Origin: Callorhinchus milii
Taxonomy: Eukaryota
NCBI RefSeq assembly: GCF_018977255.1
Contig: NW_024704742.1
Coordinates: forward strand, 130,946,001 to 131,010,000
Direction of reading: 5' to 3'
Length of the DNA: 64,000 bases
Both the position numbers and the translations under genes were made by a program. How positions within the stretch are numbered: the first letter of the stretch is position 1; every line of letters starts with the position of its first letter. The notes beneath the pieces are model-generated. The model saw only the letters and a program-made list of their open reading frames with translations. It was not told where the DNA came from and ran no database searches. Of the stretch, positions 37,273 to 50,706 are shown one piece after another.

Positions 37273-39489
37273 CTATTTCGGTGCGGAAAATAACACTAAC
37301 AGTCGGTGGGGGAGGAAGGGGAGGGGGGACATGAATTCCTCATCAACCCGACAGATGTGAGCTTGTCTGCAATCAGTAGCAACTCCAGGTACTTTTTCTA
37401 TGGTGAGGGGGAGGGGAGGGAGGTAAAGAATAGCCATAGATAACAATAACTTGCATTTATATAGTACCTTTCACATGGCTATATTACAGTGTAGTGACTG
37501 AATGATGATGCTGGGGTAGAGGGGGCAGGAGCCACAGTAAGTCTGAGTTAGCCAAGCGGAGGGAGCGATCAGGGGAGTGGGGTAGGAGAAGATCAGAGAG
37601 GTAGGCAAGCGCTACGATAACGAGATTGTGTACACGGTGGGGAGGGTAACAGCACTGTTAGTTTTGTTCTGTCCTTGGAATGATAAATTACAACATTTGG
37701 GTTGAAATTACGGCATGTGATATTACTACTGACAGTAATTATCACATCAACCCAAACTGCTGTCCAAAGCGACCAATAATTATCACTGGCCTCGGGGCAA
37801 CATCTGCTGCAATGTCTTAAGCCCTAAGTTATAGCTTTAAACTCACATATTCTAGGCCGACTCTAGGGGAGTGCTGCATTGCCGGAAGTGCCATCATTTG
37901 GGTGAGATGCTAAACTGTGTTCAAGGGGACGTTAAAGGTACCATGCACTACTCAAAAAGAAAAGGCAGTTTCTCCTGGTGTCCTGGCCAACAATCCCCCA
38001 AACAAAATTGGTCACTCACTGTATGGTTGTTTGTCGGACGTTGCTTTGCACAAATTAGTTGGTGTACTTTGACTGCAATTTACATGAGACTTCATCCTAA
38101 TGTGAAAGGTGCTAAATCAAGGATTATTGGAATGATTATTATTATTATCATCATCACTAAAATGTCCTCCTGTCCGTTTTCTATTTCACCAAATCCTGCA
38201 GTCATTGTTTTAGAGATTCCTCTCCTGTTGGATTTGCAGAAGATATTGTAAAGTGTAGTGACTGTGTATTTTTGGTGAACTATCAAGTCCCACTCAGGGA
38301 TGAGTAAGAATCAAACAAATCTCTCTCACGTACATAAGATACATCATCCTCTCACTATAACATGTCTCTCTCTCTCTTTTTCTCTAATATAGAATAACAT
38401 GTCAATCTTTGAAACATACTTTTTTTGCAGTGTTACTGGGAGGGTACAGGATGAGGTGCTTCTGAAGTGTGCCTAATGTCTGGTGTAAATCTTAACACCG
38501 CAATGAAAAATGACTGCAGTAGAACTTCACTGGTGTAATCATTCTTGGAACAGACACTAAGAATGTTCTCATACTGATCTGGAAAGCAATTAAAATTAAA
38601 TCAATTCAGAAGGCATGCAATGATTAAATTATTGCCAATGTGAAGTTGTGAAACATTATACTCATTTAGGAGGATATTGCAATAAATACAGAACAAAAAA
38701 CAATTTCAGATCCAAAGGTCAAACGACAAGATGGGGGACTTTGCACAATAATGAATGAAACAACCAAGGCATCTCAAAGTCATTATCCGAACTGCAGGAG
38801 TTCTGTAAAACTCCATTCTCTCCGTTTCCAATGTGCCACCACTTGTCATCTTCCCAAGCCGGAAAAAATCCCGGCCTTTTTGACTTCATTTACATTTTTT
38901 TTTAGTCAGCCGGGTGTCTGACACACGCAGAAACCCATCACCGTGCTTAAGAGAATCCAAACCGAACTGAGAATTCCCTGCATCCCAACTGCACATGGGA
39001 ATCCCAGAGATAGACTGTTGGAATGGAATGCGCACTCTCTCCCTGGAGGGACATCTCCTGCTTACCAGAAATTTGTCAAATTTGTCTAGAAATGTCTCAA
39101 AACTTTATTTGAAAAGAGTGTGTCTGATCAATCTTCTAATTTTCTCCCCGCCACCTCTCTCTGCTCATGGTTGGGCCCTTCTTGCTGGGTGTGGTTTCAC
39201 GAGTGCTGTGGTTGCCCTCCCACCAAAGTGGCCACTTAACTCACTGTTAATAATAATAATAATAATCCTTGCATTTGATATAGCGCTTTTCACGTCTTCA
39301 AGACGTCCCAAAGCGCTTCACAGAATATACTGTAAAGTGAATTGACTGTATATTTGTGGGCGAACACGGCAGCCAATTGCGCACAGCAATGCCCCAAGTG
39401 AGCCTTGGCAGTGAGTGACAGCAGGTCACAGCCCAGTTGAGCCTGACCTCTCCCCACCCAACCGCCAAAAACATACCTCACACAACCAG

Positions 39490-39912
39490 TAATAATAATC
39501 CTTGCATTTGATACAGCACCTTATCACGTCATTAAGACGACTCCAAGCACTTCCCAGGATATATTGTAAAGTGGAGTGACTGTGTATTTTGTGGGCGAAA
39601 ACGCAGCAACCAGTTTGCACATAGCGATACCCCGCAAACAACCATGGAGTGAGTGACCAATTTTATTTGGGGGATTGTTGGCCAGGACACCAGCAAGAAA
39701 CTCCCTTTTCTTTTTGAATAGTGCCATGGGATCTTTAGTGTCCACCTGAACAGGTAGGTAGTGCCTCGGTTTAATATTTCAACCAAAGATTGGCACCTCC
39801 AACAATACAACATACTCCAGCATTGCATTGGAATGTCAGCCAAGACTGTGTGATTCCAAGTCCCAATGTGGGGCTTGAACCCAGAACCTTCAGACTCAGA
39901 GACAAGAGTGGA
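39490..39912 (-). mobile_element. SINE family B, near full length (family A 3' halves at 39248-39392- and 39913-40015+)
   Basis: Head cactcttgtctctgagtctgaaggttctgggttcaag, core and tail. Confidence 0.8.
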
Positions 39913-40141
39913 CAGTCAATTCACTTTACGGTATATTCTGTGAAGCGCTTTGAGACGTCTCAACGATGTGAAAAGGTACGATATCAAATGCAAGGATTAT
40001 TATTATTATTATTTTGTAGGCCAATGCAAAAGGCCAATCTGCGCACAGCAACTTGAAGCTAATGCAAGGATTATTATTTTGAAAGCGACAAAGAGGTTTG
40101 GAGAGCCTGAAGTCAGAAGCAGATAAAGTGTTAATACTAAC

Positions 40142-40207
40142 GACCTGCGTATTGCTGGACTCCTGCGTATGCTTGCTGCAAGGGGTCAGCGGTGGTTGGA
40201 CTTTGCG
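40142..40207 (-). CDS. CELF4: CELF4 coding exon: AQSPTTADPLQQAYAGVQQYAG
   Basis: 66 nt (63 nt with the alternative donor at 40145); acceptor (ct)n-ttgtctttctgcag, donor C|gttagt; phase 1 to 1. Confidence 0.93.
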
Positions 40208-43200
40208 CTGCAGAAAGACAAAGAGAGAGAAAGAGAGAGAAAGAGAGAAAATAGTTAGGATTGAGCCATCTCTGGTCTTGTCATTCTCTTCATGCCAAAC
40301 AACCTCAACTTGCTGTGTGCATCTAAAGTTCGACACAAACAACAACAACAAATTACATTTGTATAGGGTCTTTCACATCGGGAAGACGTCCCAAGGTGCT
40401 GGACAGTCAGGGATTTGGACCTGAGGTAGAAGGGTCAAAGAGGAGGGTCTTGAGATGGGCCTTGAAGGACACAAAGGAGGGGGTGAGGCGAAGGGGCTGT
40501 GGGATGAAGTTCCAGAGGGTGGGGGCATAGAGGTTGAAGGCCTGACCGTTGATGGTGGGGTAGGCCAGGCAGGGGACATGGAGCAAGCTGGAGCCCGCTG
40601 AGTGGAGGGAGTGGATAGAAAGACTCAGACACTATTAAATGCTACCAGCTTCTTTACATAGAACCTGTTTCCATGTAAGAAGCTCTGAGACCCCATGTTC
40701 TGATAGACATTCAGGTCATCCTCCAACCTCTCTGGCTTTCAATCACTATTCTCCACTGCCATCATAACAGTGGATACCTGAGACACACAATTTCCCCCGT
40801 GGCACCATTTTCTGCCAAATTGTGAAAAACAACAGTCTACAGTACAATCTGCATTTATATAGCACCTTTCACGTCGGGAGGATGTCTCAAAACACTTTAC
40901 ACTCCTGGATGGCACCTGAGCAAGGGGACGAGGAAAAGATGACCAAAACGCAGTCAAAGAGGTAAGTCTTGTGGCGCCCTTTGAAAGTGAGGGAGTAAGA
41001 AGGGGTGGGGTTGAGTTGGAGGGACTCTGGAATGGGGTTCCAGAGAGTGGGGCCAGCCAGACTTTAAGAGTGAGTTTAAGAATTTTCAACAATCGTGCAC
41101 AGTCTTCCTGGCCTTTGCTTAATAATAATAACAATAATAATAATAATAATCCTTGCTTTTGTTTTAGCGCCTTACACGTCAGGAGGATGCCTCAGAGTAC
41201 TGTATAGGATTTTACCGTAAAGCATAGTGAAGGTGTGTTTTTAGGAGGTGAATGCACAGTCACTACAGGTGACAGACACAATTCTGCATGATCGGAAAAA
41301 CAAAATAGTCGTTCAGGTTCAAATCCAGCTGGTAATTTCAGGCCATCAATGGGCTAGTGATATCGAGGCATGCACAGTGTCCTGACAATGCTGTCCTGGA
41401 TCTCATGGGGTTCAGTGTGAGGGGATTTGTCTGTTCCCCAGGATGGCATTTATTCCAACCTGAATTAACAGGCAATACTAATAATAACAGTACTGACAAA
41501 TCTGAAGTGTCTCCCACTCCCCCCCACCCAACGATCTGCTTCCAGAGACAGACAACACCTTTCACCTCCCCCCGCCCGCCCCACCGCCACATCACCCAGC
41601 ACAGTTTCACACCGTGTGGCCACAAGCGTTAAATTGATGGAACGAAAACTTGCCCTTTAGAAGCAAACATTCTACTCCATCACACAGTCCCACTCTAAGT
41701 TTGTACACAACCCCCCACCCCGGAAAATAAACCAACCCAACACTGCAGGAAATTCACAACTCCTTAAGAGCTGAGGATCAATGATCCTTACTTTATTCTA
41801 AAATCACTTCTCTCCTCTAAGATAGATACCCTACCCTATGCCTATTTACAGACAGATGCACACACTAAACACACAACGTTCAGGCTGTGTGAGAACAAAT
41901 CTGAGTATTCAATAAAGCGGGGGGGGGGGGGGGGAGGAAAAAAAAGCAGAAAGCATTCTCCTCACTGATATCATTCTTGCATGTTAAGATGGATGAGTCC
42001 AGAAGCACATCTATAATTAAAGAGAACCCAGCTTGATGTGTTAATTAAACAGCATGAATCCAGTTTCAGCAAAACTTTCAAAGAATATGCCACTGCACAG
42101 AACTTCATTAACACAGCTTGTTCGCTTAACCCTTGGTGTGCTGAAGGATCGTTGAGGCTTGAGGATGGGGGCAGGAAACGGTAAGAGGAGGCATTGAATC
42201 AGCCCTTATTATTTCTGTTTGTTGCACTTATTGCATCTGTTTGTGGGACACTAGTTGTGCGCATTTCGCCCACAAAATACGCAATCAATCGACGTTACAA
42301 TATATTCTGTGAAGCGCTTTGAGACGTCTCGAAGATGTGATAAGGCGCTGTATCAAATGCAAGGATTGTTATTATTATTTGTCTCCCTAACCCCTCCCTG
42401 GATTGTAGTCACATTAATGATTGAGAATATTTTTGATGGAAGGTGTCAAACTGAATCACTCTCATGCAATTCTGAATGGCCCTTTAAGAGAACAACACTA
42501 TAAGTGCACCACGTCATTCCCGAGGGTCGGCATGATATACTTTCAGTTCATGAAACCCCTTTTGTGCCTCGGAAGCCTTATTAAAGAATCTCATTACGCA
42601 GTTCAGATTCCCTCATACCTGCAAAGCTACAAAATGTCCAACTGCGGATTATGGAGTTAATTGGACATCTGTTTAGTCCCTCTCCCTTAAGAGCACATCT
42701 TGTGATCAAGACATTCTTTCTCATCTGTTTCATTAAAAGTTTGTTCAACATCCAATATTCTCACTTAGTCATTTACGTTGTCAGTCCACATACTCGTGAC
42801 TGCATTTTCACCTCCGCAAGTGCTATTCCTTCTGCTTTTCTCTCTCTCTCTAAATGACTCAGATAAACATATCACCGTTCATTAACTAACAGGCCTGAGC
42901 AGTGGGACACAATATCTTTCCTCATGTCAATACAATTTACACTTATATAGCGCCTTTCACATTGGGAGGACATCTCAAAGCGCTTGATACTCCTGGCTGG
43001 GCACCCGAGCTGGGGTGTGAAACGAAGTGGGTGGGGAGGGGAAATATGACTGAATGTGTGGTCTATCAAGTATACCTTGAGACGGGCCAATAATAGGTTG
43101 ATTTTACAAAGAATATATACACACAGTTAGGAGTTATAAAGAAAAGTTAAAGAGGTCGATGTTAGGAATGTGGGTCTATTGCAGTTACACCTCACTGCTA

Positions 43201-44619
43201 TTTTGCTCTGCGATTTGGCTCCTGTGAGTGATTGGAACCCAGGGCTGAAGATCAGTAACATATGGGCAAACCAGCTGTTCTTCAAATCGAATTCTGCCGC
43301 AAAACTCGAGAATCTTCACCACGAGCAACGTGCCTTAACAAGCCGGAATATTTACTCCCTCTCCACGCAATCCTTCTGCCACACAGAAACTTATAAGCAG
43401 TTCTTTACTCGAACAATAAAACAAAGGATAGCTTTCTGATTAATTCTGCATGTTAGCTGTACTCTGAATAAGTGCCACCACCACAACAAGTTGGACACTG
43501 GCTGCAGGGAAAAAAGGGGTGACTGACTGGTGTGGCATTTTATAACATGTCCCTTGTGATAGTTACGAAATGTCGCAAATTTCACCCCTAAGCTACACAT
43601 TCTGGCAGGAGGAAACTGCTCAGCGACTCGTACAAAAGTATGAAAACTGTTACAGTGGATTGAGCACCCCCGCTAATGGCAACCCGCCTTCGAAACACAT
43701 CTCCCTTACGTCCTAACTGGGTTGGAGAGAGAGCCTTCTTAGCATTGTTCTTGGCTGTTGACACACCCAATTGGTTCAGCAACTAGAAGCATCTTGAGCA
43801 AACTCCAAGTTTAATTTGCAACTATTCAGCCTGTAATATGATTTAGGATTTACCTAAACAGATGAAATACACACAATATGACTCTCTGAGTAAATTTTAC
43901 GTAAGTATTCAATAGATTTATCGTTAAGGAGCTCAATGGTGCAGTTATATACCCTCTTCTCATCTAATGAAAACTGACCATTAAAGATAGCTTATAGATG
44001 CACTAATGACTGGTTCTGGAGCACTTACAGGACATGTCACTGGCCATTTGGGATCAGGGGATACGAGATTCGTTGGAAAGATTATAAAGCAGTGATCGAA
44101 TACAGTGGTTTGGCTTTTTAAGTGGAGCGTAGTGGTGATTCACCAACTCATGTGCAAAAATTTGTAGGTCAGGTTAACCATGGGCAAACACAGAGGAAAT
44201 TTTTTAAAAAAAGGTCCTTAATTCTGAAATTATCAACCAATGATTATTTTACTTTTGGGTATTAGTTGCATAATGACACTCAGCTGCATGTGGTTAACCC
44301 AACTCAAACATTTCACACATGGATTGTAAAACCAGACTTGTAAGTCACACCCCAAGATTTAACACTTAAATGTTACAGGTGATTTTTGTTCTGGTCAGTT
44401 GGGTATCTGGCACACGCAGAAACCCATCACCTTCCTGACATAAAAGGGGCTATACCAAATGCAAGGATTTTTATCATTATTATTATAATTTGCATGAAAC
44501 GTTACTCAGATTGTGTTTACTCGATAGAAACGATTCAATAAATAGAACAATTAATTTCTCACTTCTAACCTATGAACTGATATATGATGGGACAAAGTCA
44601 ACTACTGCGCACGTACTTA

Positions 44620-45080
44620 TTGTCAGCCTGCCTCAGTGGGGTTGTCCTCTTGCCTCCGAGTTACAAGGTTTATGGGTTCAAGCCTCACATCAGGACTTTG
44701 AACTCACAGTGTGGGCTGGCACTCCGATGCAGTGCTGGGGGAGTGCTGCAATGCATTGTCAGTCTGGAGGTGCCATCCATTGGATGAGACTTCAAACTAA
44801 GGTCCTACATGGCAGTTGAGGTAGATGACAAAGATCCTGTGGCACCACTCAAAAAGTGGAGGGTGTTTCTCCCCGTGTCCTGACCATCAATCCCCCAGAT
44901 AAAATTGGTTGTTCCCTTTAACAGCTGTTTGTGAGACATTGCTGTGCAGATAATTGGCCACTGCGTTCGTCTACAAAATACACACAGGCACTACACTTTA
45001 CAACAAATCCCGTGAAGTGCTTTCAGATGTCCTCCTGACGTGAAAGGTGCTGTATCAAATGCAAGGATTGTTGTTATTGG
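44620..45080 (+). mobile_element. SINE family B, full length
   Basis: gtcagcctgcctcagtgg...gggttcaagcc head, core, tail. Confidence 0.82.
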
Positions 45081-45599
45081 CATATACTTGTGAGCATAAT
45101 CCAAGTTAAGTATATTCATTTTTAAGAAGCAAACACATTGTTACGATTCAAAGACTGTTCTTCTGTTCAAGACTTGGGGGGAAAAACAAAGTGCTGTGTC
45201 TTAAGATCTCTTTAACCAAATGTACTCAGCTAGAATTCTCACTCATGTCATTTCCCAGCAGCATTACGTGCCTTTTTGTTAACAATGTTATGATTTGTTT
45301 AAAAAAAGTTACAATTAAAATAAAATCATGATTCAAAACCAAAAATAAAAATAAAATTTATGGTGGTAATATGACAAAAGCATGAGGGGACAGCTTAGTT
45401 GCTTGGAGTCCTGATTCCACATTGACTGCCTGCCAGTGCTATAGGGAAAGGTCAGGGCAAATAAAGCCATTTTTTTTTATGTGTGTATATATATATCAAC
45501 AAATTAATATTTAGTTTTTTTTAATTCGAAAGAAAAACAACACAAATTTCTGATCTGGGGATCGAATTGATGAAGTTTTTTAATTGTGGCAAAGGTCCA

Positions 45600-46060
45600 A
45601 TGGATGTCGCTTTGATCAGTGAGCAGAATGTCTTCTCTCTGAGGAGGGGTGGGAGATCGAAACCCAAGCCCTGCTCTACAATCCTTCCTTGGGACATCGC
45701 TCCAATGCATTGCTGGGGGTGCGCTGCATTGTTGGAGGTATCGTCCTCTGGATGAGATGTTAAACCAAGGCCCCGGCGTCTGCCTGTTTAAGTGGACGTT
45801 AAGGATCCAATGGCACGATTGGAAAAGAGAAGGGTGTGTATCCCGGTGTCCTGGCCAACAATCCTCCAAATAAAATTGGTCACTCCACTCTGCGGCTGTT
45901 TGTGGGGTATTGTTGTGCACAACTGGTTGCCACCTTTCGCCCACAAAATACGTACTCAATCCACTTTACAGCATATATCCCGTGAAGCACTTTGAGACGT
46001 CTGAACGACGTGATAAGGTGCTGCACCAAATGCAAGGATGATTATTATTATTATTAATAA
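45600..46060 (+). mobile_element. SINE family B
   Basis: Core and (att)n tail. Confidence 0.8.
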
Positions 46061-47439
46061 TAATGCTGAGCGCTGAACGTACAAACGCGGTTCAGCGGCA
46101 GTAACAGCCCAAAATGGCACAGGACTCGACCGCACTCTGAAGAGTATTCTTACAGCGGACACTCACCGTGCGTGCAGACGGAGCTTACTGTGTGCCACAT
46201 CTGGTTGGAGTTTTCATCTCCCGCCTGACCGATTGGGAGGACTGGCGAGCCGGCTCTAGTGAATAATAAAAGAGCGCATCGAGGGCCGGATGAAACGTCC
46301 TGCCTGGCCTCTGGAGACCACTCATGGGCCGACCCTTCGGAATAATTAAAAAGTGCATTGAGGGCCGAATGAAAGATCTAACCCAACCCACGGGCTCTCG
46401 TTCTCAATGTCGCGCTCTCTACACTCTCATATCGGCATACACACATTACCCTAAGGCTCTCCGAGGTGTCTAAAACTACCCTGTTATAGTAAATGCATCG
46501 AACAAAGAAACAAAAGAAACAAAATAAAAACATCTCTGCTGTATGTTACGGCACTTGGGCATAATTTATATGCACTCCACCACGAATATTCTCTGGATAC
46601 ACGTAGGGAAACGCTATGGAAAATCAATTCCACACTTAACAGCAGCGCACAGCAGTTTGACTCGATTGAAATGAGTAACTGCTTTAATTAAACAATGTGG
46701 GGGGGAAAAAAAAGCACCTCTTTACCCTAAGCTGATGCTTCCTGGCGGTGGTTCGAGAGAAAAAAAAGCAGCAAAAATAATATTTTTTTAGAATTTACCC
46801 CTTTCCCCTGTCCTCCCCTCCCACCGCCATCCGCCAGATTTATATATATATAAAAAAATCACATTAACACCATGACAGCAACTCGACAAGAAAACAAAAG
46901 GAATTAAAAATGACCATAAATTATTTGCTAATGAGATATCAATTTTTTCTGGTAGGTGGTTTTGTAAATCACAAACCAAACGGCTCTGGCTGGTAATGCG
47001 AAAAAAAAGAAAGTTGACTTGAATAAATGTGGTACAAAAAAAAACATCATTGTGCTTAGCAATTTTTTTTCTTCTCTGCTTTTTAAAACTAAGTCGTTAT
47101 GCTAATTTCTACACAGAATAATTACCAAATACTTTATGAGATGAAGCACTTCTGTGTGTACATAATAGTTTTGATTTATAGATGTGTAGGCAATATTTCT
47201 AGTCAAATCCTGCTGAGCTTACAGATGGGTCTAATTTCCTTCAAGAGCTCAGAGCCCCTGGAGAATTACTGTAACCCTTCTCCCCCACACCCCCCAACCC
47301 AACCCACATCCTCCTCAGTTATTATATTTCTTTCACTTACCTTTGTTTTCAATAAAATTCTGTCTGCAACTGCAACAGCAACAGCGCAGCCACAAGCGGA
47401 AACACTACTGTTCTATTTTATTTATTTGCAGCATATAAT

Positions 47440-47670
47440 CATAATAATCCTCGCCTTATCTCAAAGCACTTCACTGAATATACTGTGAAGTGAATTGACT
47501 GTATATTTTGTGGGTGAAACACGGCAGCCAAATGTGCAAAGCAGTGTCCCACAAACAGAGGCGCTGGGAGTAAGGAAACTTGCCCAACACTTTGCCCTGA
47601 CAGGGAATCGAACTCAGGTCCTCTCGCTTACGAGGCAAGTGTACTAACTGCTGAGTTACAGGACTCCACA
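47440..47670 (-). mobile_element. SINE family A, rearranged; plus-strand body follows at ~47690-47960
   Basis: Head and tail in reverse complement with an internal deletion. Confidence 0.7.
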
Positions 47671-49714
47671 GGCACACTCTGACCTAGCAATAAGCCCAGT
47701 TACCTAGCAGTAAGTAGGAACCCAGTCGTTAGTTGATTGTCAGATCGCTCTCTGGGGGTAATAATCCCTTCAAAATAAATAAATAATAATAATTTGGTCA
47801 CTCAATCCACCACTGTTGGTGGGACACTGTTGTATGCAATTGGCTGCCATGTTCTGCCCATAAAATATAATCAATTCATTTTACAATGTATTCGACAAAG
47901 TACTTTGAGATGTCTCAATGACGTGATAACTCGCTATATTAAATTAAAGTATTATTATTATAATGGTGTCATTATCAATATGTATAGAGGAAGAGATCAG
48001 TTTGGGTGAAGAAGGCCCTTTGGGCCATCGATAGTGTAATTTCATTGAAAAGCAAATTAGATTGATTCTTTTGGAAAATTATATTTGGAGAGACAGTATA
48101 CGAGTAATTTGAGACATGACAAGTAGAATGCTTGGAAGAACTAGGCAACTTTGGATCTAAGGTTCTCAAAGTGTTCTACTGCGTTGGTAGACTAATCTAT
48201 ACAAAATTAATTGTAATCAACATCTCTATTACTGTTGCATGCAACCACCAGGATGGTAGAAGTTGGATTAAATGGACCTTGGTCTTTTTTCATCTAACAA
48301 TTTCTATATTCCTACGTTCCCATCTGATCTCACCCTTTTAGAATACCCACTCCATTGTCTTCCCCATCGCAGCATCGAGCTGTTGGTTTAAATAACAAAA
48401 AGAGTCTTAAGAGTTACTGAATTTTGTCCTTGACTGAAAAAAACAGTGCAGGGTACCACCAAGGATGGAAAGAGCAAGGGGGTGGGAGGGAGGGGTAACT
48501 TGTGTTTTTTTTGATCACCCGGATTTCTGACACATGCGGAAAACCCATCACGGTGCTTAAGAACACCCAAAGCAAACTGAGATTTCCATCCATCCCACCT
48601 ACACATGGAAATTCCAGAGATAAGATTGTTGGAATGGAATGCGCACTCTCTTCCTGGAGGGATCCATCCCGCTTACCTAAAACCATCCGAGTGATTAAGG
48701 TGACACCCAGGTTGCGTTTTAGTGGGCTGTAGAATACATGAGGAAGGGGAAACAAGGAGTTTCTGAAAAAAAACAAGTTCGACCAGGAGACGAGGGCTTC
48801 ACAAGATTGGTTTGGATGAAGAAGGCCCTTTGGCTCATCAGATCTCATCCTTCCAGAACACCCACCCTAACGGCTCTCCATCACAGCATTGAGCTGCTTT
48901 ATAAACGGATCCCAGTGTCGGTGGCTGTAGACGAGGAGCTACCAACAGTTTAACCTGGATGGGCTTCCTTCTGTGATTCTCCAATTATCGGAGACATCGC
49001 AATGAGGTTCGATTTCACAACTGGTGAGGATGCCGGCGGGGGAAGAGGAAGAGGAAGAGGATGGCATACATGGAAGTTGGGAGCTCTGAATGAATGGCAC
49101 TGGGCTCGTGGTTGTCTGCCAAGCAACAAACAAGTGGCTATTCATGGAATCACCATTCAACAGGGAACTGTATAAACTCCCGGGAGGTAAGGTCATTAGG
49201 GGACAGGGTTACAAGGTAACCAAGCAGCCACAAGCCCACCCACCCACCACTGCCTGATTTGTTGTCTTTCTGCGAAAAGTGACATTCATGGAAACAGAGC
49301 ATCTTATGAGGAAACGGATGTTACATGTGAGAGAGGGACGTAGGCAAAAAGAGAACCCGATTCTTGTGAATTTTTAAGGCAAGGGTAATGGCACTTCTCT
49401 GAAAAGAAAGAAAATCTTGCATCTTGACCAGATTGGCAAGAGGTAGTTCAGAGAGAGGGAAACACAGTGAGAAAGGGGAGGAGAGAGAGAAACCTGGTGA
49501 GAGAGGGTAGGAGAGCGAAATAAAATAACAAATAATGATCCTTGCATTTGATATGGTGTCTTATCATTTCTTCAAGATGTCTCATATACTGTAAGTTGTA
49601 TATTTTGTGGAAGAGAGAGAGAAAGAGAAAAACTCAGTGAGAGACGGAGAGGGAGAGAAACTTAGGGAGCGAGAGAGAAACCCAGAGAGGGAAGGGGTGG
49701 TGGGGGTGTGGAAC

Positions 49715-49744
49715 AGCGCGAGTGAGAGAGAGAGAGAGAAATCC

Positions 49745-49783
<39 letters not shown>
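49715..49783. repeat. (GA)n microsatellite in a purine-rich tract
   Basis: Direct reading; similar tracts at ~1480-1630, 15048-15070, 36830-36857, 37238-37272. Confidence 0.9.
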
Positions 49784-49787
<4 letters not shown>

Positions 49788-50264
49788 CCTGAAAAATACT
49801 TTGTCAGGCCCCCGTGGGACAGGATATCTCATTTTCAGAGTGTCCCACTCTGGTGGACTAATGGCTTTGTTGAGTGAACTTCACAGAACCATCTTAATGA
49901 CCCCATTCATTACAGGCTTACAGGCTCCAAATGCAGGGTCTGAGCAATATCCTTCATTACATGCAGCACTTAAAGAGACTGAATTAGTTGTCCCTTTGTA
50001 GCTGAGAGAGACTCGCTGAGTATAACAGATGAGCCGAATATGATTTTCTTAGATTTATGGTCCTTTCCCTCCCTCCTTCCCCTCTCTGTCTGTCCAACAC
50101 CCCCCCCTCACACACACACATACTCACTCCCCAGCAAAAAGATTCTCTGGATCCTTTGTCTAACAAGTCCTGATTATTCAAGGTCTGCACAAGATACTAT
50201 TACAAAGGAAGAGCCAATAGAGAAATGACGAGACAACTCTTTGAGTTGATGCTATATTCGTACG

Positions 50265-50706
50265 TCAACCTGGCCTCAGTTGGTAGCTCTCTCGCCTCCG
50301 AGAGGCAGAAGGTTTTCGGTTCAAGCCTCCACATTTGTTTCTAGGCAGAGCAGGGAGACTGCTGCATTTTCGGAGGTGCCATCCTCCGGATGTGGTGTTA
50401 AATTGAGGTCCCGTCTACCTGCTCAAGTGAACGTTAAAGATCCCGTGAAAGACAGAAGGGAGTTTCTTCTGGTGTCCTAAGCAACAATTGCCTCAGATAA
50501 AATTGGTCACCTCACTTCATGGCTGTTTGTTCGAAATTGCTCTGCGCAAATTGGCTGCGGTGCTGTCCTACAAAACACATAGTTGCTACTCATTGCATTA
50601 TATCCTGTGAAGCACTTTGAGACATCCTCCCAACGTGAAAGGCACTATATCAAATGCAAGGATTATTATTATTAATATTAATATTATTATTATTATTATT
50701 ATTATT
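50265..50706 (+). mobile_element. SINE family B, full length
   Basis: tggcctcagttggtagctctctcgcctccgag...ggttcaagcc head; long (att)n tail. Confidence 0.85.
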
